Source: Takakia lepidozioides (Eukaryota; Plantae; Bryophyta). From it: a stretch of DNA of 64,000 nt. The stretch is taken from contig CM060731.1 in assembly GCA_030704615.1 (NCBI GenBank), positions 16,182,001 to 16,246,000 of the forward strand. Reading direction: 5' to 3'. A program made the position numbers and the translations under genes. Under the pieces are notes generated by a model. The model did not search any database. It was not told the origin of the DNA and saw only the letters and a list, made by a program, of their open reading frames with translations. Each line of letters opens with the position of its first letter. Position 1 is the stretch's first letter. Shown here in pieces: positions 36,010 to 47,661 of the stretch.

Positions 36010-39000
36010 GGTAAGTGTTCATTGATCCTCACGGACCTGCCCTATGTTGCCGATTTTCACAGGGAAAGAACATTGAAAAGTTCTGCTCAAACGGTGTGCG
36101 TTGCCGCACACTGTTTGAGCTGGCAGTAAAGGATTCATTTCATCCTCAGATATCTGCCCATGAGGGCCGAATGTTGCGCCCTTAAATATTGATATGTTCT
36201 GCTGAAACAGTGTGCGGTTCCGCAAACTGTTTGAGCTGACAGTGAAGGGTTCATTTTATCCTCAGAAATGTGCCCCTGAAGTCCAAATTTGCACCCTAAA
36301 ACATTGAAATGTTCAGCTTAAACAGTGTGCGTTGCCGCACACTGTTTGAGCTAGCAGTGAAGGGTTCATTTCATCCACAGATATCTGCCCATGAAGGCCG
36401 AATGTTGCGCCCTTAAATATTGATATGTTCTGCTCAAACAGTGTGCGTTACAGCACACTGTTTGAGCTGGCAGTGAAGGGTTCATTTCACCCTCAGAAAT
36501 GTGCCTGGAAGGCCAAATTTTGCACCCTAAAACAATGAAAAGATCTGCTCAAACAGTGTGCGTTGCCGCACACTGTTTGAGCTGGCAGTGCAGGGTTCAA
36601 TTCATCCTCAGAAAGCTGCCCCTGAAGTCCAAATTTTGCACCCTAAAACATTGAAATGTTCAGCTCAAACAGTGTGCGTTGCTGCACACTATTTGGGCTA
36701 ACAGTGAAGGGTTCATTTCATCCTCAGATAGGTGCCCTTGAAGTCCAAATTTTGCACCCTGAAACATTGAAATGTTCAGCTCAAACAGTGTGCGTTGCCG
36801 CACACTGTTTGAGCTGGCAGTGAAGGGTTCATTTCACCCTCAGATATGTGCCTTGAAGGCCAAATTTTGCACCCTAAAACAATGAAAAGTTCTGCTCAAA
36901 TAGTGTGCGTTGCCGCACACTGTTTGAGCTGGCAGTGCAGGGTTCATTTCATCCTCAGAAAGGTGCCCCTGAAAACCAAATTTGCACCCTAAAACATTGA
37001 AATGTTCAGCTCAAACAGTGTGCGTTGCCGCACACTGTTTGGGCTGACAAGGAAGGGTTCATTTCATCCTCAGATAGGTGCCCCTGAAGTCCACATTTTG
37101 AACCCTGAAACATTGAAATGTTCAGCTCAAACAGTGTGCGTTGCCGCACACTGTTTGAGCTGGCAGTGAAGGGTTCATTTCACCCTCAGATAACTGATTG
37201 CAAGACCAAATTTTGCACCCTAAAACATTGAAAAGATATGCTCAAACAGTGTGCGTTGCCGTACACTGTTTGAGCTCGCAGTGCAGGGTTCATTTCATCC
37301 TCAGAAAGGTGCCCCTGAAGTCCAAATTTTGCACCCTAAAACATTGAAATGTTGAGCTCAAACAGTGTGCGTTGCCGCACACTGTTTGGGCTGACAGTGA
37401 AGGGTTCATTTCATCCTCAGATAGGTGCCCCTGAAGTCCAAATTTTGCACCCTAAAACATTGAAATGTTGAGCTCAAACAGTGTGCGTTGCCGCACACTG
37501 TTTGAGCTGACAGTGAAGGGTTCATTTCATCCTCAGATAGGTGCCCCTGAAGTCCAAATTTTGCACCCTAAAACATTGAAACGTTCAGCTCAAACAGTGT
37601 GCGGCAACGCACACTGTTTGAGCTGGCAGTGAAGGTTCATTTCATCCTCAGATAGGTGCCCCTGAAGTCCAAATTTTGCACCCTAAAACATTGAAATGTT
37701 CAGCTCAAATAGTGTGCGTTGCCGCACACTGTTTGAGCTGACAGTGAATGGTTCATTTCATCCTCAGATAGGTGCCCCTAAAGTCCAAATTTTGCACCCT
37801 AAAACATTGAAATGTTGAGCTCAAACAGTGTGCGTTGCCGCACACTGTTTGGACTGACAGTGAAAGGTTCATTTCATCCTCAGATAGGTGCCCCTGAAGT
37901 CCAAATTTTGCACCCTAAAACATTGAAATGTTCAGCTGAAACAGTGTGCGTTGCCGCACACTGTTTGAGCTGGCAGTGAAGGGTTCATTTCATCCTCAGA
38001 TAGGTGCCCCTGAAGTCCAAATTTTGCACCCTAAAACATTGAAACGTTCAGCTCAAACAGTGTGCGGCAACGCACACTGTTTGAGCTGGCAGTGAAGGTT
38101 CATTTCATCCTCAGATAGGTGCCCCTGAAGTCCAAATTTTGCACCCAAAAACATTGAAATGTTCAGCTCAAACAGTGTGCGTTGCCGCACACTGTTTGAG
38201 CTGACAGTGAAGGGTTCATTTCATCCTCAGATAGGTGCCCCTGAAGTCCAAATATTGCACCCTGAAACATTGAAATGTTCAGCTCAAACAGTGTGCGTTG
38301 CCGCACACTGTTTGAGCTGGCAGTGAAGGGTTCATTTCACCCTCAGATATGTGCCTGGAAGGCCAAATTTTGCACCCTAAAACAATGAAAAGTTCTTCTC
38401 AAACAGTGTGCGTTGCCGTACACTGTTTGAGCTCGCAGTGCAGGGTTCATTTCATCCTCAGAAAGGTGCCCCTGAAGTCCAAATTTTGCACCCTAAAGAT
38501 TGAAACGTTCAGCTCAAACAGTGTGCGGCAACGCACACTGTTTGAGCTGGCAGTGAAGGGTTCATTTCATCCTCAGATAGGTGCCCCTGAAGTCCAAATT
38601 TTGCACCCTGAAACATTGGAATGTTCAGCTCAAATCGTGTGCGTTGCCGCACACTGTTTGAGCTGGCAGTGAAGGGTTCATTTCACCCTCGGATAACTGA
38701 CTGCAAGACCAAATTTTGCACCCTAAAACATTGAAAAGATCTGCTCAAACAGTGTGCGTTGCCGCACACTGTTTGAGCTGGCAGTGCAGGGTTCATTTCA
38801 TCCTCATAAAGGTGCCCCTGAAGTCCAAATTTTGCACCCTAAAACATTGAAATGTTCAGCTCAAACAGTGTGCGTTGCCGCACACTGTTTGAATTGGCAG
38901 TGAAGGGTTCATTTCACCCGCAAATAACTGACTGCAAGGCCAAATTTTGCACCCTAAAACATTGAAAAGATCTGCTCAAACAGTGTGCGTTGCCGCACAC

Positions 39001-39175
39001 TGTTTGAGCTGGAAGTGAAGGGTTTATTTCATCCTCAGAAAGGTGTCGTTGAAGGAAGAATTTTGCACCTTTAAACAGTGACATGTGCAGCCCAAACAGT
39101 GTGCGGCAACGCACACTGTTTGAGCTGCCACTGAATGGTTCTTTCTTTCTCAAATACCTGCCCTTGAAGGCCGAA
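36010..39175. repeat. Tandem array, 27 copies of a 116-bp unit each containing a 40-bp palindrome
   Basis: Unit CAGCTCAAACAGTGTGCG-TTGC-CGCACACTGTTTGAGCTG GCAGTGAAGGGTTCATTTCATCCTCAGATAGGTGCCCCTGAAGTCCAAATTTTGCACCCTAAAACATTGAAATGTT; edge copies degenerate. Confidence 0.97.
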
Positions 39176-39179
39176 TTCT

Positions 39180-39519
39180 TCACAAATGTGGGTCCTGTAG
39201 ATTTTACCTTTTTCGTGGCTACTCGAGAAGACTCCCCAATTGCCGGGGACCCTTTCCGCTTCGGGCTGCTCTCTTCGCCGACTATGTAGGTGAGCCTCTC
39301 CCCCTTCCTCTTTCCCGTAGTCAGATTCTTCGTGAGGCCAGTGTCAACATCTTCCTCCATGTCGTCTGTCTCTCCCTCAGACGCATTGTCCTCCTCGCCT
39401 GTTCCTGGAACTATGGTGGGTTGTTGTTCTTCTCCAGATTCCTGCTCCTCCATCGCCACACTTTCTTGTATTCCCTCTTCTTCCTCCTTTTCCTCTTCCT
39501 CCACTCTTTCCATCCTCAT
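39180..39519 (-). CDS. Acidic/basic low-complexity ORF, possible first exon of the ParB-MTase gene
   Basis: MRMERVEEEEKEEEEGIQES...SSPKRKGSP (NLS-like) in ORF 38914..39669; same strand as the ParB exon, which begins at a splice acceptor. Confidence 0.35.
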
Positions 39520-39931
39520 TCTATATCTGGCTCTATTCCTGTTTCTAGAACTCGTGAAGTATAATGACTTCCTTATCTTTCTCTTCTGCTGGAAACAAGG
39601 GCTCCCCACGATGCCCCTGGAGCTCTCCAGTCTGACGTTTGCAACAAGTGCTGGTATCGCATGTAACAAAAATCAAAATGGACGTTGTCAACCGTATTTG
39701 GATGCGGGTGTTGATATTGTGTGCGAACGGAATTCATCCATTTTGGCGTCTTTGTATTACCCAGCTAATAAAGCGCCGAAGAAAAAGAGCATCCGTTGCA
39801 TGCATTTGCGATATATGTCAGATGTACTTCGCCGCCTGCCAATACATGGCGGCCTCCTTGCCTTCTTTCAAATTCGAATGCCTCTACCATTTCTTTTCCT
39901 TCCTTACATTTCCATGCAATGCCTCCTGCAG

Positions 39932-41343
39932 GAATGTCCTTGGAGGACTTGGCCAACATGCCATCGTGTAATTTGGCAGAGACTGTTCACAACGCCTGGA
40001 TGCAGCAGTCTACCAAAGCAGGTCGTGACTTGTATGTGGCCACTGCTGATGACATGGTGCGGGCACTTACACAACAAACCAGGTACCGCAATTTTCTGAT
40101 GGGACGGGGTGGAGGGAAGGGCCCCGATACGACTTTGTTGATGCTAAGGGCTGCGAGTAGGTCCGGAGACCCGTCAAAGATGGCCAGAGCTCTAAACAGG
40201 TGCACTGAAGGCTCCCCTCTGCAATCCAGGCTCCCCCATTTGGAAGGCGAGGAAAGATTTGGATCATGCAAAAGGAAATTAAACACTCTTCCAGGGTCAG
40301 ATGGAGATTCCCATAGGCCAGACAGGGTCAATTTCTCTGTGCCAAAGGTGTCTCCAGTGCAAACTAAGTCCTGTGCCGGCCCCTTCCCAGGTGGGTCCTC
40401 CTCCTGTGGAGCAGGTGCAGAACATGCAAGCATAGCAGCGGGAATCCCATTGGAGGAGGTGGTGGCCATGGTGCAGGAATCTGATTGCATTGATAGTGAC
40501 TGGCATATAGAACGCACCCCACCAGGATCTAGAGTGGCTTGCATGGCAATTCGGACCCCCTCATTCAAGAAATGCAAATCAAAAATATGCAAAGGCTCCA
40601 GGGGGACTCCAGCTCCAACATTCACAGGGTTGTTCTGACCTTATCATAGTGGGGAGTCAAAAGAGCACAAGTTTTGGTTCTGCCCAGACGATATGGCACG
40701 ATGCGTGAAGGGAACAGTTCGTCCTTCCGTGATAATGAAGCCCCCTCCCCCCGCAATTTGGCCTGTGAAAATTGGGACATCGCTGTCCTCAACCGAGATA
40801 AGCATGCTGGAGGAGGGAGGGTTTTCTCTTGCACGGTCCCGGGTGGTGCCCTTATGCACTGTCGGCACAGATGTGCCACATGCTCCGACAATGCCTCCAC
40901 CCGGTGCCGACTCCCACCCAACAAAAAGAGATGGAAAAACAGTGCGCCGTGTTGCTTCGGGTGCAGATCACGAATGCAAGATGGAATCGGCTAGAATTTT
41001 GCAGGCTCGGGTGACTTGTATCACCGAAGTCCCTTCCCCGGGGTATGGACGGATTTACACAGTGCTGTCAATTGGCTCAGTTCTTCATGCCAAAGAATAT
41101 CAGGTTACCATCGGAAATTTCCCTTCGTGCACTTGTCCGGATTTTGTAACGATGCGTGAGGGTGCTCTCGGCATGAGAGGGAAGTGGGTCCCCTGCAAGC
41201 ATCAATATTACATATACTTTGTAATTATGTGTTGCGACGGTAAGAGAGACCAATTCATTCACCAAGCCACACTAGGCTACGGAGAAGTCATCACCCTTCT
41301 GCAGCGGGACACCTCGCGTAGAGCTCCGCCAACTTCTCTTTGA
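39932..41343 (+). pseudogene. SWIM zinc-finger transposase-like gene (partial, disrupted)
   Basis: LANMPSCNLAETVHNAW (resembles the N..E..N/H catalytic-Glu motif of Mutator-like transposases) and SWIM YQVTIGNFPSCTCPDF...CKHQYYI; frame break at ~40638. Confidence 0.65.
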
Positions 41344-41730
41344 ACACATACGAGCCATGCCCGCTTCCCATGCTGGTTTCCAGGTTGCCGTGTGAAGACT
41401 TTTCATTTTATGACAAACATATACATTTCGTTCACGGAACCAGGGCAAATGCACTTGCGATTCATTGTAAGCGTCTCTCTGTGAATTGAAATAAACTGTG
41501 TCAATCATTCTGAGCTCAAATCTGCCATATTTACATATTCCTCTTTTTTGGCACGCATTGCAGACATGGTGCATGGTGGCCTCCTTTGTTTTGTCCACGG
41601 TAATAGGCCCTCTTCCTGCAATCCTCGCCTATAGGACCTGCTTCTCCAGCAGATTCGTGCCGCTCACGCTTCAAAGCTTGAACGTGAGCTCAGCTCCCAG
41701 GCTCACGGGGCTGGGCTCACGCCGTAGCTA

Positions 41731-42445
41731 CGCTGCCAATTTGGATGTTAGTGGTTTAGACTTGTTGGATTGTGGAAATGGGGATGTGGAGATGGGGCTT
41801 ATGGAGGGATATGAGGGCAATTCATGTGAGCTGCCGAGGAGGTTGACGAGGTGAGTGAAGAGGCTTTTGCAGCTTTGTTCGCTCCTGCAAGTTGGGAGTG
41901 CAGAGAAACTACCTTCTGCAGTGATAGAGAAAAATTCACTGGTCCCCAACCTGGGCCCATGCTACAGCGGATTGTTGGGAATTGTTCCCCTGTGGAATTG
42001 TTTTTCAAGTTGTTCTGGTCCCAAGCAACCCTGCTGCGAATTTGTCGAGAGACCAATCGTCTACTCGCCTGGCTTGGTGTGTGTTTGTTCATGCGGATAA
42101 AGAGGCTGCCAAACAGCCGCTATTACTGGCAGCAGAGTGAGGTATTCTTTGCATGCCCTGTCATCAGGAAGGTCATGACAAGAGATCGTTATGAAGCAAT
42201 CTTACGTTGCTTGCATTTGGTGGATAACTCGACGTTGGTGTCTGGTCATAGCAGTCCTGTGTTTGACAAAATTGGGAAAGTGAGATGGGCATGTGAAGAC
42301 ATTGCCAGTGCCTGCAAACGACATTGGAACCTGCACAAATTGTGACAATTGACGAGATTATGATAAGGTACAAGGGTAAGTATTGTGCTATACGGCAGTA
42401 TATGCCTAAAAAGCCATGCAAGTGGGGCATCAAAGTGTGGGCCCT
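41731..42445 (+). pseudogene. piggyBac (DDE_Tnp_1_7-like) transposase, N-terminal half
   Basis: SPVELFFKLFW...ICRETN, RLPNSRYYW, VMTRDRYEAILRCLHLVDN, DKIGKVRW, VTIDEIMIRYKG...RQYMPKKPCKWGIKVWAL; frameshift ~42340, ends before catalytic D2/D3. Confidence 0.88.
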
Positions 42446-42749
42446 TATTTTTTCCATACTAGTTCAATAAAGCTTCCAGGGCTACAATCCCCCTATTAAA
42501 AAATTTAAATAATATATCTGAGGCAAATTGTACATGTGTCAAGTTGTGGTTTCTAGGGGTGACATGTGGGACAATTTTCTAGAAAGGTCAATGACCACTT
42601 TGACGCGGTCGGGGCCGCCGCCCTAAGGGGATATATAAAGGAGAAGAGCGCTTTGGTCCCCTTGCCTCTTACTAAGTACATATAGGGCCCCAAAAAAAAG
42701 ACGCAAACATCATGAACCATAGCTGAGCTGAATAAGGGGGGCTATGCCT

Positions 42750-45560
42750 GAAGGTAAGGAAAAAGGAGAGGATTGGAGCAGCCAATGGGAAAGGAGGGCA
42801 CCTGGTGCTGGAATAGATGAAATGTTAGGCCACATGTAGAGGCTAGCATAGAAATAGGAGGGTGGGCCCTCCTAGTACTATAGTTTTTCAAGCGGGAGGA
42901 GGAGGATGAGGCAGTGGCCATCTCCTTGAGACGGTATATAAAGAGGGTAAGGCAAGGGCTACATTTCACAAGGTTTATTTATTCTGCCTCCACCTTACTT
43001 TTGGTGGGCTTTACACAGCCCCACTTTAGAAAATTAAAATTTGGAAATCAAACCATCTTCAAGTAAATACATATGTCAATAAAGGGCTATTCCTGAAGGT
43101 CTGAAAAAAGGGAGAGGATTGGAGAGGCCAAGGGGAGGGAGGGCCCGGTGTTGGAATGGGTGAAATGTGAGGCCACGTGTATAGGCTAGCATAGAAGTAG
43201 GTGGGTGGGTCCTCCTTGGCATACATAAACATTATGATTAATATTTTAAATCATAACAGTATAATAGATATAACAGTGTAAGATTGCTATATGCAAATCA
43301 CCAAATTTGCTCAAGACCTTTTTGGGTTCTTCCGCCTCTACCTCACTTTGGTGGGCTTTGCAAGCAGGCCACCTTAAAAAATGTAAATTTGGAACGTAAA
43401 CCATCTTAAAATGAATTGAAATGTCTATAAAGATATGTATGCTATGAACATGCATGCGGAAGTACCTATATATACATGTCTCCTTTCTAATCCTTTCTCT
43501 TGTCCAGAATATGTTTTCATCAATCAACTCCTCGAGGATGTGGAAAGTGAGGGATTTGGGTTAAGGGTGGGTGATACCACCATACCAGCCCTTATGTTTG
43601 CGGATGACTTCACAGGCATAGGGGAGACTCCAACCAATCTCCAGGAGTTGATTGATTGCGCGAAGAGATACTTTGATCTTTGGGGGCTAGAGGCTAATGT
43701 CAGCAAATGTGTAGTGGTAGCATTCAACGACAGAGGAGAGGGAGGAAGTGATCTTAAGTGGTAGTGGGGTAGCCAAGAGATCCCGGTCCTCCCTTCCTAC
43801 ACTTACCTGGGCGTTGAGTTCTCCTCCAATTGTAATTGGGATGCACATATCCGGAAAGTTGTTCAAACTGGCAAGGGCAAAGCTCTGGGGCTCACTAAAT
43901 TTTTCCACTGCAGAGGGGTCAACTCTGAGGTTAAGAAAACCATGCTTTGTCGCGTTATTAGACCTGCCTTGGAGTACGGATCTGCTATATGGGTTGATAA
44001 CTCCAACCAGGCTAAGTCTCTAGAATCCATTCAAGTGGGGGTGCTTAAGGAGTGTATGTCAGCATGCTCCAAAACAGCCAATGTGGCTGTTCGGGGTGAG
44101 TTTGGCATTCCGTCTTTAAGCTCCCGACGAGATGAATTCAAGGTTAGATGGTGGGGTCAGTTGCACCATATGCCCAACACCAGATATCCTAAGTTAATCG
44201 ACTCTATATCTTGGAAACAGGACCGTCCTGTCAAACAAGCTAAGTCCTGGCAGAAGAGAGTAGAAGAGATTCTCAAGGACCTGGACCTGGGATCGCAAGT
44301 CTTGACCCTGCTGGATAAATCTGACTTAGAGGCTGTAGTGTCCTCAGCCATGTCTGTTGCCATGAGATTGTCTGATGAAAATGAAGTTAGGCAGAAAACT
44401 TCCCTGAACTTGTTTCCAGTCAGTGACATGGGGGAGGACATCTTGGATGACCTCAAGGGTCTACCCACTCTCGGCACTAGACTGAAATTTAAACTCAGGG
44501 CAGGAAGCCTACCTTTGAACAGCAAACATAAGCAGAGAGGAAAGGGAGAGTGCAATTGCCCGCTTTGTGGGCAATCTGAAGACAGTACTCACTTTCTAAT
44601 ACACTGTCCGGGGTTCTCTCACCAAAGAGACGCTCTCTTCAATTCTATCAAGGGAATTGTGCCTGTACCCCTGTTTAACAACTTTGAAAGTCTCGAGGCT
44701 AAGCCAAAAGCCCAGGCCCTCCTGAGGCCTAGTTTTTGGGCAAATCACACACAACAGATTGATGCTTGTGTGAAGGGATTTCTAGAGGATATCTGGAAAA
44801 CCCGGATTAATTCTATATATGATGGTAAGTCACACTACCAACGTCAGCCCTTGATAGAGGTAGGTTCTGTCCCTTTTGTTCCCGCTCAAACTGGGCGCGG
44901 GGTCAATGGCCACAAGGCTACGGCAAACAACGTCTTATGAGTACAATCTCTTGTCCAGAATAGGCCAGTGTTGACTAGTATTGACCGGTGTTGTTTTGGT
45001 ATCCGGTTTAGGACATACCAAACTGGTCCTTGTATTAGACCTTTCACAAAACTTTCATACAGTCTGGTCTATATAGTGGTGGCTTGAAGGTCGAAAAAAG
45101 GGAGAGGATTGGAGCGGCCAATGGGGAGGGAGGGCACCGGTGTTGGAATGGGTGAAATGCGAGAGGCCACGTGTAGAGGCTGGCATAGAAGTAGGAGGGT
45201 TAAGTTAGTTCTAGAGCTTTTCCATAAGGAGGATGAGGTGGTGAGCCCCTTTTAGAAGGCTCCGACGCCACCTTGAGAAAATATATAAGAGGGTGAGGGC
45301 TACCTTTTAGGGGTTTCCTCTGCCTCCGCCTTACTTTGGTAGGCTCTGCAAGCAGGCCACCTTAAAAAATGTAAATTTGGAACCTAAACCATCTTCAAAT
45401 GAATAGAAATGTCAATAATATTATATATGTTGTGAACATGCATGTGGAAGTACCCACATATATTTGTCTCCTTTCTATTCCTTTCTCTTGTGTAGAGTTG
45501 ACCAGTGTTGTTCTGGTATCAGGTTTAGGACATACCAGGTTTAGGCTCTGCGAGGTTATT
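42750..45560. repeat. Three degenerate tandem ~350-500-bp units, split by the non-LTR insertion
   Basis: GGAGAGGATTGGAG...GGCCAC.TGTA.AGGCT.GCATAGAA at ~42765, ~43110, ~45100 and CAGGCCACCTTAAAAAATGTAAATTTGGAAC-like blocks at ~43015, ~43365, ~45353. Confidence 0.75.
43512..44946 (+). mobile_element. 5'-truncated non-LTR retrotransposon (RTE/RTEX-like RT C-terminus)
   Basis: LMFADDF, YTYLGV, IRPALEYGS, CPLC...EDSTHFLIHC; 16-bp TSD TCTCTTGTCCAGAATA at 43496-43511 and 44947-44962; no poly(A). Confidence 0.88.
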
Positions 45561-46329
45561 GTTTCCTTGCTTTTTTTCAATTTGTTTAACAGGGCGGCCT
45601 CTGTCCCTTTTTTTTTTTTTTTTTTTCCTTTTTAAAACATCCAATAAAAGAGACACACATTTGCACATACAAGATATAAACATTGAAATAGTCTATCTTC
45701 AGAATTAGTATCGACTTTCTTTGCCCTGCCGATGGGGTAGAGGTGCTGGGAGTTTGAATCTGCAGTACTTACATTGTTGAGCTTCAGACTTTCCTTAGCA
45801 ATATGGCTTTCTCAAGCTCTTCCATCATGTCGTTTTTGTACATGTATACCTCGCTTCTTATTATTAGGTTCGAATACTTCTAATAGTATGACAACTTTTG
45901 GAAATGAGACTCATGGCAGTACACATGACTTGATATATTTGTACTCAGAAGGCAAGAGGGAGGAAATTGGATAGATAGGCCCATTGCCCTGATGGTTTCC
46001 AATATTCCACATGTGACAGCTGCTCACAAATATAATGTAAGGAATTCCAAAAAGGCCTTGATGTAAAATGCATCGCAATTCACTTGATCACCCCCCTAAA
46101 AGTGCGCAATTCAGTTGAATTGCCAAAACTAGCTTGAAAACAACCCTAATTTGCAATTCAATTGAATTGTTGGTGCTAGTCGACAATTCAACTCACAATT
46201 CAATTGAATTGTAATTTATAATTTTAACTTATTTATATATATAACATCTGATTAATTCAAAGTGGGGTATCTGGGAATTGAATCTCTCCTTGACGAATTG
46301 GGTTTTGGGAGTGGATTGCAGAGCATTAA

Positions 46330-47123
46330 CCCCTAAAGGACGACGCGACCTGAATCGGGTCGCGTCAGATTACTTGCCACGCTCCATTTCCCATGGATGA
46401 TAATGGATGGAAGTGAACCTTTAAGATGAATTGTAGATGTTAGAGAGGAGCACATGTGGGAATTTACAGCACCAAAAAATCATAAAAGCTTTGCTCCCTA
46501 GAATTTTGCAAAGTGCTAGGGGTTCAGGAAATCCAGTGTTAGTCTCGCTACATTGACCTGCCTACGTGGCAGCCAAATGGGCAATCTTCAAGATAACATC
46601 TAGGGCTGAAAAATAATGCCAAAATTTTTGGACAAGGCACCATGAAATGTTACTGTGCAATTACTTACCAGAGGAATTGGAAAACAAATGTCACCTCATC
46701 GGTGTACTTGGGAAAGAAGCCAAAACAAGACCCCATAGATTTCACATCCAAAGCAACCTATCTAAATTTTTGGAATTTTGGTCTGATTTTTTGGGGAGGC
46801 AGTAGTTTAGGTGCCATATAATCAGATTATGGAGGGCCTTTGTCTAGAAAGATTCAACTCGATACTTCAAATTTGTGGTCAAACAATTTTTTCCATGCAA
46901 TTTGTGAATATATTTACAAATTGGGGCATAATATTGTTATAATCTCCGGAATGGAAGGGTCAATTTGCCTACATTTTTGACAGGACATGGATGTAGTAGA
47001 TATGCACATACGTATAAGGTTCATCCCCATGGATGATTGGGGGTAAGAAGTTACACCCTCGTTCACAAGGGTATGTACCTTTTTTTTAGTGGGCCCACCA
47101 AAAAATAGCTCGTCTTTCAAGGG
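46330..47123. mobile_element. 794-bp non-autonomous piggyBac-like MITE
   Basis: TTAA TSD (46326-46329, 47124-47127); CCCCTAAAGGACGA ... TCGTCTTTCAAGGG imperfect TIRs; left end homologous to 29737 onward. Confidence 0.85.
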
Positions 47124-47611
47124 TTAATGGGCTTGGAACTTCCTGGGAATGCAGCCAGTCCCTATTTTGAAATGAAAAAGGTTGTGCAGCATCCACCATG
47201 TAGGATCTCCCTCCCATAGATCACTATGTGAAACCCGTCTGCGCTCGAGCAGTCTCCAGGTTATTCAGGTCCTTAGGAAAAACGACGACAATGACATGGC
47301 TGACGATGATGACGTGGCTGATGATGATGACATGGCATTATGGCACCCTATTCATGCCGCACGCTAAACTAGCTCTCGACGGTCGTCGCTAGAATTATTA
47401 TATATATCCTGCCCAAGCCACAATAACTTAACAGATGGAGTCCTGTAACCAAGCTTCTCACAAGGATTCAAAAGTCCCCCCAGTGCCCCCAAGCAAACAC
47501 CAGAATGTTTGATACAGGACTGAAGCTTTCATGCACTTTGATTGAAGATTCTTTGTAATGTAATGTGATCTAGGCAACTGTAGAATGCAGGGAGTCTTGA
47601 TGGTTTGAGGA

Positions 47612-47616
<5 letters not shown>

Positions 47617-47655
<39 letters not shown>
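47617..47655. repeat. (GA)n microsatellite directly upstream of the MED30 ATG
   Basis: ~19 GA units. Confidence 0.95.
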
Positions 47656-47660
<5 letters not shown>

Positions 47661-47661
47661 T

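Larger units (their letters stand above)
31289..41726. mobile_element. ~10.4-kb nested DNA element (ParB-MTase gene, hairpin array, SWIM transposase-like gene)
   Basis: CGTGAGCC repeats cluster at the left end (31292-31366) and inverted GGCTCACG repeats at the right end (41661-41721); GCTA directly repeated at 31285-31288 and 41727-41730. Confidence 0.65.
29737..42445 (+). mobile_element. piggyBac-like DNA transposon, 3'-truncated, interrupted by a ~10.4-kb insertion
   Basis: TTAA (29733-29736) followed by CCCCTAAACGACGAGC and a subterminal hairpin shared with the MITE at 46330; piggyBac transposase fragment at 41731-42445; right TIR not found. Confidence 0.75.

Noticed and set aside
36019-38672. 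ORFs within the 116-bp array
   Set aside because: Unit length is not a multiple of 3 and frames stop repeatedly; chance ORFs
36010-39175. CRISPR array (palindromic repeats at regular spacing)
   Set aside because: The 76-bp linkers are copies of each other rather than unique spacers, there are no cas genes, and the context is eukaryotic
47110-47127. Right TIR of the large piggyBac-like element
   Set aside because: It pairs more simply with the left TIR and TTAA at 46326-46345 as a self-contained MITE
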